Source: Pecten maximus | Lineage: Eukaryota | Assembly: GCF_902652985.1 (NCBI RefSeq) | Contig: NC_047023.1 | Coordinates: 36,766,001 to 36,830,000 of the forward strand | Direction: 5' to 3' | DNA: 64,000 bases | Translations under genes and position numbers: made by a program | In this document: positions 1 to 14,617 of the stretch, one piece after another | How positions within the stretch are numbered: the first letter of the stretch is position 1 | Layout of the letters: the number at the start of each line of letters is the position of its first letter | Notes under the pieces: model-generated | Told to the model about the DNA's origin: nothing | What the model saw: the letters and a program-made list of their open reading frames with translations, nothing else | Databases searched by the model: none

Positions 1-569
1 TATGACCACATGGAAGTATTTAACATGTCATTGTCCTTTGTAAATAGATATTATTTCGATTTTCACACAAGTAGAATCTTTATCACCCTTTAATCTTATG
101 TTAATCATTTGTTTTCGTTTAAATCAATGCGGTTCATGGTAAAATAGGTTTTTAAATTTAAATGCATTTCTTCAATAACGGAGACTGAGGATTGTTCAAG
201 AGATAGCTGAAAGACGCCTTTCGATATCAGTTTAGTGGTAGAGAAAAGCAACATAAGCCAAATAATGAATATAAAACTGCATTATACAGCTGTACAGTCC
301 TCCTAGGACTTGTCAGTGGTGCTGGGGCCCAAAAGATAGGAAATCCGAGAAGAAAGATAGCAAAATGTTGGCCTCAATAAAGGTTTAATAAGGAAAAGGA
401 GATGCACCCTAACCCACTGGGACTATTTCTTGAGAAAAGGACATTTAACAATGTTTTATAGAGAGATATAGATACCCACACTTAGAGATGTACGACACAT
501 AAAAACGAAAACGTCAAATGATGCGCCAAACTGTGCAACGACAGTTTCGTACAGAACTGGAATGTGTTT

Positions 570-1163
570 CTTCTCACCAACAGACTGTAGCCACCAACCT
601 TCTCACCAACAGACTGTAGCCACAAACCTTCTCACCAACAGACTGTAGCCACCAACCTTCTCACCAACAGAATGTAGCCACCAACCTTCTCACCAACAGA
701 CTGTAGCCACCAACCTTCTCACCAACAGACTGTAGCCACCAACCTTCTCACCAACAGACTGTAGCCACCAACCTTCTCACCAACAGACTGTAGCCACCAA
801 CCTTCTCACCAACAGACTGTAGCCACCAACCTTCTCACCAACAGACTGTAGCCACCAACCTTCTCACCAACAGAATGTAGCCACCAACCTTCTCACCAAC
901 AGACTGTAGCCACCAACCTTCTCACCAACAGAATGTAGCCACCAACCTTCTCACCAACAGAATGTAGCCACCAACCTTCTCACCAACAGACTGTAGCCAC
1001 CAACCTTCTCACCAACAGACTGTAGCCACCAACCTTCTCACCAACAGACTGTAGCCACCAACCTTCTCACCAACAGACTGTAGCCACCAACCTTCTCACC
1101 AACAGACTGTAGCCACCAACCTTCTCACCAACAGACTGTAGCCACCAACCTTCTCACCAACAG
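570..1163. repeat. Minisatellite, 29-bp unit CTTCTCACCAACAGACTGTAGCCACCAAC, about 20.5 copies
   Basis: Read directly: TTCTCACCAA recurs from 571 to 1151 (20 periods of 29). Nearly homogeneous, with a recurrent GACTG/GAATG variant. Confidence 0.98.
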
Positions 1164-3158
1164 GAGTTTAGTTTAAACATATTTTATTGACATATAATAA
1201 TGACAAAGGGATTAGTCAGCAAGTTTTTCCAACTTATAGACGACTTCTCCCAAAACTTCTACCAACAGGAGTAAAGCCCGGATTTCATATTTTAGACTAT
1301 TTTCTGTATTACTAGAATACATATGCATGTGACGTTTGTAAAATACATTAGTATGCAACCTGCAAGTAGTAAAGAATTCCTTACACCAATAGTATTGCCC
1401 GATGAACCAATTTAATTTTTGATAGCAGCACAATTCAAGCCAATTTACAAAAAAACAGTCATCAATTTCCTTATGAATATGTAAATATGTAATTTACGTA
1501 CATAGTGCCACTTAATCAGGGTTGTTATCACAACACCATTTGTGGCAAAAAATTAACAAAGCTAACCTCGTCTTTAGTGAATTAAACTCTGTTTAACACA
1601 ATGGGCAACGTCAAGCTGTCTGCAAAAGAAAACTACATGTAACTCCAACTCAATCATCTTTTTTTTACCACCATAGCATCATTGACCTTTTAACCTATAC
1701 AAAGTCAACTGTCGTACTAAATCTTGCTTTGATTACAAACACATGCATCGTTAGTGATTTCTTTATATACACGCGGCACTTCGATATCAATTCCTTTATA
1801 CACTGCTTAATCGACTCAGCTGTAAATGAGTACGTGATAAGGCATTGTAAAAAAAATGTTGTGTGTAAGCTGTTAGCGCCTAAATGGCAGCTCCGGCTGC
1901 ATGCTTCCCAGGGAGATGAGAAAGACAACCACAGATAATAATTTATGAACCGCATTCATACCTTGCTGTTTTATAACGGTATCGCGCCAAATTATAAATG
2001 TTTATTATTGATATGACTGTTACATATGAAATAAACATTGCTTCATAATTCAAAGTACCAATTGTTTTATTTCACAACACATTTTCGCACTGACAGCATT
2101 ACATTTTAAGTGACAAAAATCTGAATTTGTGAGAAGAAAAATGATGAACTGTTTACATCAATATCTGAAGAATATGAAAAGATAGTTATGATATTTTTTT
2201 ATCGTTTAACCATGCGGTATGTGAAAGGACATTTTCTATCTAATCAGCACTGGTAAACATTCAGATACCTTGCTTGCTTCGGAGTAAACGTGCTCCCAGC
2301 CGTATTTGACTTGTATATTGCTAACATCACTACACAGGACTTTTTGTTTTTAATTTCCGATATGAAGACAATAGAACAATTTTCGTCTGTTATACGGACA
2401 CTCCTCTAACGTTTGTTCACATTACGTTAGTATGCGAGGGCGGCAGGAGATACTTGGGACCTACACCTGACATAAAATCTCACCATCATTTTCCAATAAC
2501 GACTGTTGCCTTGCCGACGAGACAAGACCAAGTTATCCGAGCCATGGTAATATTACTTTTACTCTCTTCCTTGAAAAAAAAGCAAAGACATGCGGCCAAA
2601 TTATCGGGGCTTTATAAACGCTTTCTTTAACTATGTGAAAAACGAAACAAATACAAATATTCCCTTGGGACAACGCGGTTCTAATACTCGCTATGGACTT
2701 TGAAAACATATCTGGAAAATGTTTACGATACAAAAGTACGACGGTTTACATGATTATGAGCAGTAACTGTTACTGGAGATAGGTTAACAGGAAAATCCAC
2801 GTCACGTTATTTCTGCGATACCAGTGTGAAAAAACTGACATTGTTGACCTCAGTATACATTAACATCATAAGCTAGATCATGCAATTTTAAGATCAGAAT
2901 AAAAAATATAGTTTCTTTATTTAACTCTCAGGTGGCTAAGCGTGTAACTTTTCATGGAAACAAGATGTTACCTAAATCATTAGGGTGTTGACAATACATA
3001 AAAACAATTCAAAGTTTTTTGTAAGAATGCACGGGAGGCGTGTTGATGGCACAGTTAAAGACAAATGGTTCGATTGATGTACGCCTGTGGTCGCCTGTTT
3101 TCAATCTTTCACTGTCCTGTCAGCACTTATGTATCTAACCTATCGCTGTGCCGAATCC

Positions 3159-3258
3159 CCTCGGCCTAAATCTTAAGTGAAAAGTTCGCGATAGGAATCT
3201 TAGACGTCAAAATGGTTGTTGTTAGACAGTGGATTGCATATCTAAGATTTTTCCGAGG
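3159..3258. mobile_element. Short imperfect inverted repeat, possible MITE remnant
   Basis: CCTCGGCCTAAATCTTAA at 3159 versus CTAAGATTTTTCCGAGG ending at 3258 (reverse complement CCTCGGAAAAATCTTAG). The MITE call is inference; no TSD is clear. Confidence 0.3.
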
Positions 3259-4340
3259 CTAAGAATATGGAATTATTTGCTTTACGTTTAATATTATGAA
3301 CATTTAAAATTGTATGGAATTAAAAAGAAAAATAATCGCGATACAATACTCTCGTTTAATTATACTATCGCAGCCTGGCCTACCGTTATCACTATCCACA
3401 AAGACATTTCTTTATCTTTACATATGATATGTGAATTTCTTAGCATTTTGATACAAACGTGAAACTGTATAGGAATGACTTGAGAATATCAGATGTCCAA
3501 AATCGATATGAAACTACAGAGGGTGTTAAAACGTGACTTGGTTGAAATTGAAGCCTCTTTTTTTACATTAAAACCAGACAATTTAAACAATAGTTCCGAG
3601 TGGAGACAATGGCATGGATTTCGTCTAAGGCTTTGATTGTTGGCTTGGTGTATTCTGGATATGCTGATTTACTGAATTCAAAATACCTCCAGTCTATTAT
3701 ACAGATACCCAGACGCTTCTGTTGTATAGAAATGGACTCAACTTTACCATGTTACATGCATGCACGTGCACCATAACACAATAGTAATTGTTTACGTGAA
3801 TTTCCTCATTCTTAAATAACACCTGAAATGCAGAAGGTAATTAAAGCAAAAACAACAACATTGGTTGACAACACATCGATGAGTCTATTTACTGACAGAA
3901 GAAATCATACTGGGTGAAGACAGAGACCGTAAACTGGTGTGGTCACAGTCTGGAGGTCACTAGATTTCGAATTGGTGCTATACACATATGCACACTTCTG
4001 ATCGTTTGATGTTCGGTAGAAAGGAAGCTGAAGGCAGGGTCTAGTAATTTAGTCTGTTGGCATTGTAATATTATCAATAATTTGCTACCGTATCCGTGAC
4101 AATTCATTGACTGTTACTTAATTGGTATTTTATAAAATCATCTAACGTGAACATCGCCATCATGTGATTTCAGTATGCGAAGCCGTAGCACCCAGTTAAA
4201 TAACTAGATAGATAAATAGATAAAACTGTTCTCTACTTATTTCTGTACTCGGTATATACTGTATATAATATCAAATTCATGCTTAAAGGTGCCGATCAAT
4301 TTTTGCAGGTATTGTTTACCCCAATAGAATAGAACATATC

Positions 4341-6718
4341 TTGTATTATTTTGTACACACCTTTACAAAAAGTATATTTTGTATGTGTGTGTGTACACGC
4401 CTTTACATATAGTATATTTTGTATGTATTGTGTACACACCTTTATATAGAGTATATTTTGTATGTATTGTGTACACACCTTTACATATAGTATATTTTGT
4501 ATGTGTTGTGTACACACCTTTATATAGAGTATATTTTGTATGTGTTGTGTACACACCTTTATATAGAGTATATTTTGTATGTATTGTGTACACACCTTTA
4601 TATAGAGTATATTTTGTATGTATTGTGTACACACCTTTATATAGAGCATATTTTGTATGTATTGTGTACACACCTTTATATAGAGTATATTTTGTATGTA
4701 TTGTGTACACACCTTTACATATAGTATATTTTGTATGTATTGTGTACACACCTTTATATAGAGTATATTTTGTATGTATTGTGTACACACCTTTACATAT
4801 AGTATATTTTGTATGTGTTGTGTACACACCTTTACATATAGTATATTTTGTATGTGTTGTGTACACACCTTTATATAGAGTATATTCTGTATGTATTGTG
4901 TACACACCTTTACATATAGTATATTTTGTATGTGTTGTGTACACACCGTTATATAGAGTATATTCTGTATGTATTGTGACACACCGTTATATAGAGTATA
5001 TTCTGTATGTATTGTGACACACCGTTATATAGAGTATATTTTGTAAGTATTGTGACACACCGTTATATAGAGTATATTTTGTATGTGTTGTGTACACACC
5101 GTTATATAGAGTATATTTTGTATGTGTTGTGTACACACCTTTATATAGAGCATATTTTGTATGTGTTGTGTACACACCTTTATATATAGTATATTTTGTA
5201 TGTGTTGTGTACACACCTTTATATAGAGTATATTTTGTATGTGTTGTGTACACACCTTTATATATAGTATATTTTGTATGTGTTGTGTACACACCTTTAT
5301 ATAGAGTATATTTTGTATGTGTTGTGTACACACCTTTATATAGAGTATATTTTGTATGTATTGTGTACACACCTTTATATAGAGTATATTTTGTATGTAT
5401 TGTGTACACACCTTTACATATAGTATATTCTGTATGTATCATGTACACACCTTTATATAGAGTATATTTTGTATGTATTGTGTACACACCTTTATATAGA
5501 GTATATTTTGTATGTATTGTGTACACACCTTTATATAGAGTATATTTTGTATGTATTGTGTACACACCTTTACATATAGTATATTTTGTATGTATTGTGT
5601 ACACACCTTTACATATAGTATATTCTGTATGTATCATGTACACACCTTTACATATAGTATATTCTGTATGTATCATGTACACACCTTTATATAGAGTATA
5701 TTTTGTATGTATTGTGTACACACCTTTATATAGAGTATATTTTGTATGTATTGTGTACACACCTTTATATAGAGTATATTTTGTATGTATTGTGTACACA
5801 CCTTTACATATAGTATATTTTGTATGTATTGTGTACACACCTTTACATATAGTATATTCTGTATGTATCATGTACACACCTTTATATAGAGTATATTTTG
5901 TATGTATTGTGTACACACCTTTATATAGAGTATATTTTGTATGTATTGTGTACACACCTTTATATAGAGTATATTTTGTATGTGTTGTGTACACACCTTT
6001 ATATAGAGTATATTTTGTATGTATTGTGTACACACCTTTATATAGAGTATATTCTGTATGTATTGTGTACACACCTTTATACATAGTATATTCTGTATGT
6101 ATTGTGTACACACCTTTATACATAGTATATTTTGTATGTATTGTGTACACACCTTTATATAGAGTATATTTTGTATGTATTGTGTACACACCTTTATATA
6201 GAGTATATTTTGAATGTATTGTGTACACACCTTTATATAGAGCATATTTTGTATGTATTGTGTACACACCTTTATTTAGAGTATATTTTGTATGTATTGT
6301 GTACACACCTTTATATAGAGTATATTTTGTATGTATTGTGTACACACCTTTATACATAGTATATTCTGTATGTATTGTGACACACCGTTATATAGAGTAT
6401 ATTTTGTATGTATTGTGTACACACCTTTATATAGAGTATATTTTGTATGTATTGTGTACACACCTTTATATAGAGTATATTTTGTATGTATTGTGTACAC
6501 ACCTTTACATATAGTATATTTTGTATGTATTGTGTACACACCTTTATATAGAGTATATTTTGTATGTATTGTGTACACACCTTTATACATAGTATATTTT
6601 CTATGCAATGTATACACAATTTTACATAGAACATATTTTGTATGTATTGTGTACACACCTTTATTTAGAGCATATTCTGTATGTATTGTGTACACACCTT
6701 TACATAGAGCATGTTTTG
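4341..6718. repeat. Minisatellite, 39-bp unit GTACACACCTTTATATAGAGTATATTTTGTATGTATTGT, about 60 copies
   Basis: Read directly. Occasional 37-bp variants (GTGACACACCGTTAT near 4976-5065 and 6377) shift the frame, and the edges are degenerate. Explains all ORFs between 4296 and 6746. Confidence 0.98.
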
Positions 6719-8120
6719 ATAATTTGATTTGGAAATAGCGTAGCACTAAGTAGATCGTTACTAATGGATCGTCGGTGCAAGGAAATGAATGTATAGTTGG
6801 ATTGGAGTTCTGTGAATGTTATATAATTTCCTAACAGCATATCTCTCCAGTATCCACGATATATCCGGTGTTAAGGCCCCATGGCAACGTGTCATTTTGA
6901 CCACAGCAACGAAATGTCGACCTCCGCATTTACACGTTGTCATGAGGAACAAACAGGGTCACAAAGGGGTTTAGACTGACATTTTAGGTTCTTTTAAGAT
7001 AAGAATTGATAATCTCTAAATAACACTTGGATTTCAATGAGTTTTGTGGAATATTGATCTGGAATTAATGTCATCTCTTTTGTATGATATATCTTACGAG
7101 TTCGCTTTGGCAATGCTTGACCAAAATTATATGATGTTCCTGAACGTGTGCAACTTCTAAATATACAAAGTTTAACAAACCGGTGTTGTGGCATTAGATG
7201 TATGACTGGTAATGACGAAGTTGTACGTACGGGCCTAATTGACGACTTCGGTTCTATTAATTATATGATATACGATATTGTCATATAATGTAACATGAAA
7301 CACATGCTACGTTTAGTTTGTCCTGACCAGTATTGAGGTGAGGGCAATGTCTGCACTCCAAACGTACATATGTACATGTGTCGTAGTTTAGGGCAAAGCT
7401 GGTGCTTATCGCCAAAAATCATCGTAATATTTTACAAGCAGTTTCAGATATCTAGGAAATCGACACAATCCTGGATGAGTTAGTTTGTGATATTTCTCCT
7501 GGGCGTTTTTAGTTGTAGTATTGGAAAGACGGTCGCCGTAAATGTACATGGCTAATGTCAAGTCTCGGGAATAAAGTATGATAGGAAAGAGTTTGTTTTA
7601 TTGAATATTGAAATGAATATTTTTGATAGCATATCAAAAAAAAAGAGAAAAAAAAAAGAAAAGAAACTGGAACGAAGTATAGGCACCTTCACATTACGTC
7701 ACATACTTGAAGGCAGTCTACATACTATAACAATCAGTCAACCAAACTTGATATGTCTTGTTGACATTCAATTAAAATATTAATAAAAAAGACTTTCCAG
7801 GGACCTGCGGACTCTGCTGTATATGTATGGACAATGAAAAGGTGGGGATACATTATTCAGTCTCGCATATATATATATATTTACATGGAACATTATTACT
7901 GCAATATAAGATAAAAGTATAGCAAGCACCAATATCTGTTTAATATTAACTTTAAACAGGATTTTAGAGAAGATGTATCGCAATTACTTTTCTGTGAATT
8001 ACACGAACACACGTATATGAGGATAGGGCATAAACTTGTCAGCTTCGATAAATTAGTGTAATGTGTAACCCACACTAAATAAACTACATGTAGTAGAATG
8101 ATTTACCAGATAACACACAT

Positions 8121-8248
8121 TGAAATAAGCTAAGGTAATGCTTAATCAGAGAACCATTATTGAAATAAGCTAAGGTAATGCTCTATCAGTGAATTTATAT
8201 TGAAATATGCTAAGGTAATGTTTTATCAGAGAACCATTATTGAAATAA
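8121..8248. repeat. 40-bp tandem triplication TGAAATAAGCTAAGGTAATGCTTAATCAGAGAACCATTAT
   Basis: Units start at 8121, 8161 and 8201, with a partial unit at 8241. Confidence 0.93.
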
Positions 8249-11200
8249 TGTAGTGGGACGATTTTTCAGATAACCAATATCTAATTGTTTGGTTGGAACT
8301 GATAAAAGAAAACGTTAGATTGATAGTAGAGAGTACATGTATTTTAAATGGTTGAAACTTTCGTTGTTTTACCAAATGAGCGAAGGAATAGAGAAAGGTA
8401 TCTCTAACAAAGCCGAAACGAAACGACAACAATCTAAAAATACAAAAGTTTTTAGTAACTTACGAAATGCCGTGCGATTATAAACTGAAATACAAAAAGT
8501 TTAAAAACTAATCATATTTAATCATTCTCAAATATGATCAAACCATTTGTTGATCTTTGTTTTTCTCCTTTGACCTCTATTTGAGATAAAGCATTATTAC
8601 TGTTTTAAATAGTTAAGGGTATATCATCCTTTTTGCTACTAATATAATTTCACTGGTTAATCCTATGTCAGAGGAACCAACGTAGAGAAAACCGAGCCAT
8701 GTTCCTCCCCGGGCGGCCACTTGGTTACCACAGTATCACCAGTACCTCCACACCCACGGGGTTAACGTTTCATTATGAATGGGCTAATCGCGTGTCTGTC
8801 TGTTTGGTATTAATCCATGGACCAAGGTTCTGATGAATGGATATGGCTATTAATACGTGTTATCATTTCGTTTTATATCGTTTGTTGACAATTTAAAGGC
8901 ATGCGTACGTAAAACTTCTTCAAACGTTCATTGTTCATTATTAAAGTTTTTTACACCTTTTGTAGATATACATGAATCCACACTAAGTTAATAATGGTGT
9001 CTTTGATTTGGGTCAAAGCCTCGATCGATCCTGATTGTAATTGGCCGTCCTTGAGGTATAGCCAAAAGGCAACTAATAATGAAGGTGCTCTGTGCAAAGT
9101 ATAGTCTGTTAAAAACGTAATCAAACTAAAATATAGGGTTTACTTTCCCAGGAGGTTTCTGGGAAATATTTAATACTGATCGCGTCTCATCTATCAGGTT
9201 ATCAATTAGGAAGATAGGAAGATATACTCTCCAACACATCGGCGTACCCTCTAAACAACAGAGGCGTGAGGACAGCCTGCCAGGATAGCAGCCTTCTTTA
9301 TTTGTGCGAGTCGCGCTGCTGAATGTATCTCTATCGATCACTACATTCGGAGAACTACTCTTCAGATTTTTGTCACTCAGTACATAAATAAGTCTCACCA
9401 TTTCTCAGAAACAACATTGTGTCACTTTGCAACATAACACATCCTAATGCTGTCGCTATGTTCTTCAGAAACACTTCATTCTGTAACGTGGCCAAGAATG
9501 TAGAAAACAAAGCAAATGACGCAATAAAGTATTAGAGGTTCACGTTGTATACCAGTCCCATTAATCAAGTCGCCGGTACGTATTGCAAGGAACTAGATAA
9601 ATTTGACCTCGATTTGAACTGTAAGTATTGTATACGGACGCAACACACAAACATAACATCAACAACAAATACAAAATGACCTGACAATACCGACATATTA
9701 CGATATAACTTTGTATAGATACAACAGGGACAGTTTTAACAAAATATAGATTGACAGGGAACATCCTTCAAAAGTACGTGGAGACAGAAACCAGGTGTTC
9801 CACAGGAAAAAGTTTTATTGTCGTGATTAGACCAATTAAGAATATCAACAACACAATCTTAACAATTATGATAACGTCTTCTTGCCCATGATGTGTAGGA
9901 CCTTTTGTTATTACCACAACTCCAGTGAATGTTGATAAAATGTTTGTTTAAAGCACGCGCCACCCTAATGTACATAAACACTCAGTACGTCAGTATATCT
10001 TTAAAACTATCTCATAGACATGCACAAAGGTTATGTATCTCATCATGCCTTGTCTATGCTTTTGTTTGAGAGAACATTTGTGGAAAAGTGAAGAATGAGG
10101 TCACCCTTCAACCACCGCATACGTCGACAGAGTGCGTGTTTCTTATCAGAGTCTGGTCAGGTGATGCACGGTCCAGAACGACCTCTGTGTCAGGCGTCTG
10201 TGACATGTCCCGGGCCGTAACGTATAATATCGTTGATTTGCGTTATCACTCGCCGTCAATTGCACACGTGCACTATACAAGTACAAGGAGAACTGTCAGT
10301 AACTTTGATTCTGTAAACTGCCTGGGAACAACGAAGAGGAGAGGGACATACGGCCTCATACGTTTAGAATAGCCTACCATCCAAGAGGAATATGTACATG
10401 ACGTGTATTTGAATCTGGGTGACATATAGTACGTCTAATGCATAAAGAGCAGCAACAATTACAGACAATAAAATAATCAATTTTCCTTTTAAACCATTGT
10501 TGACTTGTATTGTCATAATAATAAAATGACAACCTGTGTCGACACAAACACAACTGTTCTACAATTGAATTTATTGCGTACTATTTAGGTTGTTTACGTG
10601 CGATTTTCTAACAATAAAAGCGATAGAAAAAATGATGTCGGTCGTGTTCTGCTGAAGAAAACATCGCAAGTGTGAGATTCCAACATGCTGGGGCGAAAAC
10701 ATGTCGCGTGCAACACCTCTGATTCCGTGAGCAATGTTTAATACTGACAGTGTGTTACATCGATTTGAAACCAAGCATTAATATATTTCGAAGATGACGT
10801 GTACTATCACGTTGTTAAATAACACGGAAATATGATGGTGCTGATATTGCGTCTGACATACGACTTAACAAGGCATGTTTCCGATTTCCGTAGTATTCGT
10901 AAATATTTAATAGAGAAAATTACTTTTTGTCACTGAAAAGAAATTTAAAGGAATTTATAAAGAACGTGTTCGTACAATTACAAGTTAATATGCCCTATCA
11001 GGATTTCCTGACATATACGATGTAGAACTACGTCTTCATTTGAACAAAAATAAAATTTGTAGACAAGAAAATTGGATCAAAATTGGAGCTAATTTGGTTC
11101 TTGATGCCTCCTACTGATACTAAACTGCTTTAAAATAATTACGCGCTGCTCAGTGCCGTATAGATATTGTTGATCGCACTTTAACCTATCAAAACAGTGA

Positions 11201-14200
11201 TCAATTCGGAACTAAAGATTTTTTTCCTACTTTAAACAAATAAATTTGGCTGTTTATTATCATGTAATGATTATTTGACTGTTAGTAATACCATGCTACA
11301 AAGAGCTGCTTTCTGTAAACCTGCATTCCAGAAATGGTCGGAAGGCATGTTTGTCTGGCCTGCAATGGTCATCTGGTGTGTATGGTACGTCTACATTAGT
11401 ACTATCAGGGTCAGATCGAGTCTCCTGTGATGCATTGTTCACCTAACAAAGCATGAACAGTTCCTCTTTTTGTGCAGTCTTTATTCTAATAAAGCATGAT
11501 CAGTTTTAATAAAAGTTACTTTGATGCTGTAAAGAACTTCAGCAAGACAGTTTAACTCGAACCAGAACAAGATAGACGTCATTTTAGAGACATTTGATAG
11601 TGTCAATTTAGGAAATCTGGAGAATTATTGCATGCGATAGACTTATTAGCAACAAAAAACCCGGACAAGGTCGCTAATGCTATATAAAACATGTACATAC
11701 ATCAGGAATGTTGCTTTAAATGTCGCCCTAATAAACAATGCGTGCGATATATTCATATTTCTATGATATCATTAATTATTTGTTTACGCTCTGTTAACCA
11801 ACCTTTTTTGAAATAGGTATGTATATATGTACATTTCAATGTAATGGAACCCAATTTTGGCAAGACATACAGCTGGATAGCACCTTTATGTAGAAATACC
11901 AGACTAGAAGGATTTTCCATAATGAAATAAATTTTACTGATACAAGGCAATCATATAAACGCGTACGAGAATTGCAATTTCAAAGAGTAATCAATGTTGA
12001 AAACGAAAGTGAACTAACGTAGTTTTACAGGCTCTAGTTGAAGGTAAGTCCGAAGGTCATCGTAAATGTTAGAGAAAGATGTAAATCCTTGACTGATAAT
12101 AGATAAATGAAATAGTTTTACGACTCCTCCAGGTCGCGTCAGAATGCAACGCCAGATGAAGGCTGGTAAGTTTCAGTCCTAGACGGCGTTTACAATGAAT
12201 ACTATTGTTTGAAGAAAGTAATTATGAGCAGATAATTTCAAAACAGTGTATGGCAAAATCGAGCGGAAAGTTTCACATTTTGACAGTTGTGACAGTTATA
12301 GTACACATGTCATTCACTTTTATCTAGCAGTAGTCTATTTCGCCTCTCCCTTACGAATCCCTTGAGATTTAACTTTTCCGCAATATTATGTTCATAGCTA
12401 GTGCAAGGCGGAAACAAAGCCCGGCTACCGACTCCAAAATTAATTTCGTCGGCATCATCTGGTCACGTGAAATAAGGGATGGGCGTATTTTTAACAGTAA
12501 TGAATTTTTTTATTTTCTATATAATGGCTTAACATTAAACATGTCATTACTTCAGACACAACGTTTGAACTTTTTCTCTGCACCTTGCCAAGACAGAAGT
12601 AGAACTTAACTTCACGCCCAAAAGTGGTCAGAAATTTCGTAACGGTCATTCACATAAGACAATATTTCACCGTTGCGAATCGTGTTTTGCTTGAGCATAC
12701 CAAATGTCAACAACACACAACTTTTACTCCAAATGAGCTCCAAGGATTAAAAATGTCCGTTAGCCTGCTTTACACTATGCTGGTCAAATCGTTTTCATAT
12801 CAAAGATAACGCCGAACTCCATGCATAATCATTTTGTAAGCAGTATATCTATAACAGAACCATGCTATTCTTAGAGAAACAATGACTGGGCTTTAAGGTC
12901 ATTAAGGTCAGATACCTGTTATATGATTTTTTATATGTATTTATTGCTGGTAATTTTTCTCTAATACACATTGTAATATGTTCCGTATAGTTATAATCGG
13001 TATAGTGCAACGTCGGTATAACAATTACTTATACAACGACAATCACGAGTTACTGTCTGGTCTGTTCGGGAGAGTAAAATGTAAAAAGTAAAACGCTTTA
13101 TGAACGAAAGACGTCATCAGTGCGTGATGCATTTTGTCTAAATCACGATATTACATTAACGTTTTTTATTTAGAATCGGGTGCCTGATCTGGGATACACA
13201 TTCTAACACACGATCTGTAATGTGGTAGACGCTCCAAGGTCCTACTGAGAATGAGAAGCGAAAATGAAGACATTAGAGAGATCCTATGGCAAAAATATCC
13301 CTGTCTCGTTACTGTGTAAGTGATCCCCACTTTCTAATTCCCTTCCCGAACCGCGTTGGAACGACGCGCAGTACGACGGCCAAGATTGATATAGAGATGG
13401 GATATAATGTATGTATGGTATAGCACATAAACATAGAATGGTCAGGGGGCTATATGACAAATTAAGACTAATTTTAGACTGCGTATTACAGGGAATAACA
13501 GCTGAGGTCGGGAATACTTTTGCTGAATTATGCAGAATTGGACTGACCTTTCCTCAATATCTATGTGTGTTATGTTCCAGATACATATCTGTACAACTAT
13601 GACAGGTGAATCTCATCATACATGATATTTAAACATTTTCTAGTAATTATAATTCTGCTGTTAGGCGTTTAAGTTGGATTTCAGGTATGATAATATATAC
13701 GTCGCTTAGAAATGGCTTAAACGGGACAAATCAAGAGGATATTCCAAGTGTTGACTGAGACCAATCTAGAGGGTGTTCCGATAATATCTTACATAGCGGT
13801 AGGTGTATAGATGAGGAGAATGTTCCATTTTTTTCTGTCTTGTCATTTCAGGATTCGAATTTAACATGAAGCAAAGATAACGATAGTATGTTGCACAAGC
13901 TGATTGGTTAGCGTGATAGAGTCAGTTCGTGAGTCGATGCTGTGTATGTGCCAAGATTCAACGAGTACGTATGCTCATTTCGGAAATATTCCGTCATAAA
14001 TCTGAATAGCTGCATCTTGAAATATCGTCCAAGTATACCATTAGGATGTGTTGGTCATTATAAAATAATATATATTGTGTATCACCGTTCTGCCAGCCAC
14101 TTTATACACTAATGCAGTACATTCATGCAGGATGCTTTCATATCCACAACGCCCAGGAAAGCCATTCTCAAACCTTTTCATTAGATGTGGGTATTTCGTG

Positions 14201-14617
14201 AGTCATAAGAATGCATTTAAAAATAGCTCTGTCAGACTTATGATCACCGTTCATGTGACCTTGACCTTTGTTATACAGGAAGTATCAGATCGATCCATTT
14301 CTTTCTAATTCCAAGAAACATCCTGATTTGGATCTGTTTTATGGTGTGGATACATGTAGGTCTGTATATGGCCTAGAACCAGCAGTTAGCGTTGAAATGT
14401 GTGATAGTGAGCACAATGTCCTACTTGCAAGTGTAACGTGATTCTGAGACATTACTTCGCGAGTCTAGTCAAAGCAGACGCCGCGACATTTTACAAAGAA
14501 GCATACATCTGTGCATGTTTTAATTAACTTGGTTAATACAGAACAAAAAAGGGCGATTGCGTAAACTGATGATGTACCAAGACCGCTGTTGTTACGGTAA
14601 TCCTACGTTTTTCTCAA

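Noticed and set aside
4296-6746. Long ORFs of 100-474 aa
   Set aside because: Translations of the 39-bp tandem repeat, open on both strands and broken by 37-bp units.
4283-11185. TTAA-flanked element with ends TTAAAGGTGCCGATC / GATCGCACTTTAA enclosing the 39-bp array
   Set aside because: The inverted match is short, gapped and 6.9 kb apart; not distinguishable from chance.
12149-12190. Penelope-type minimal hammerhead ribozyme (AACGCC..CAGATGAA-stem-CTAGAC..GGCGTT)
   Set aside because: Stems are present, but the catalytic core deviates at essential positions (CAGAUGA for CUGANGA, no GAAA).
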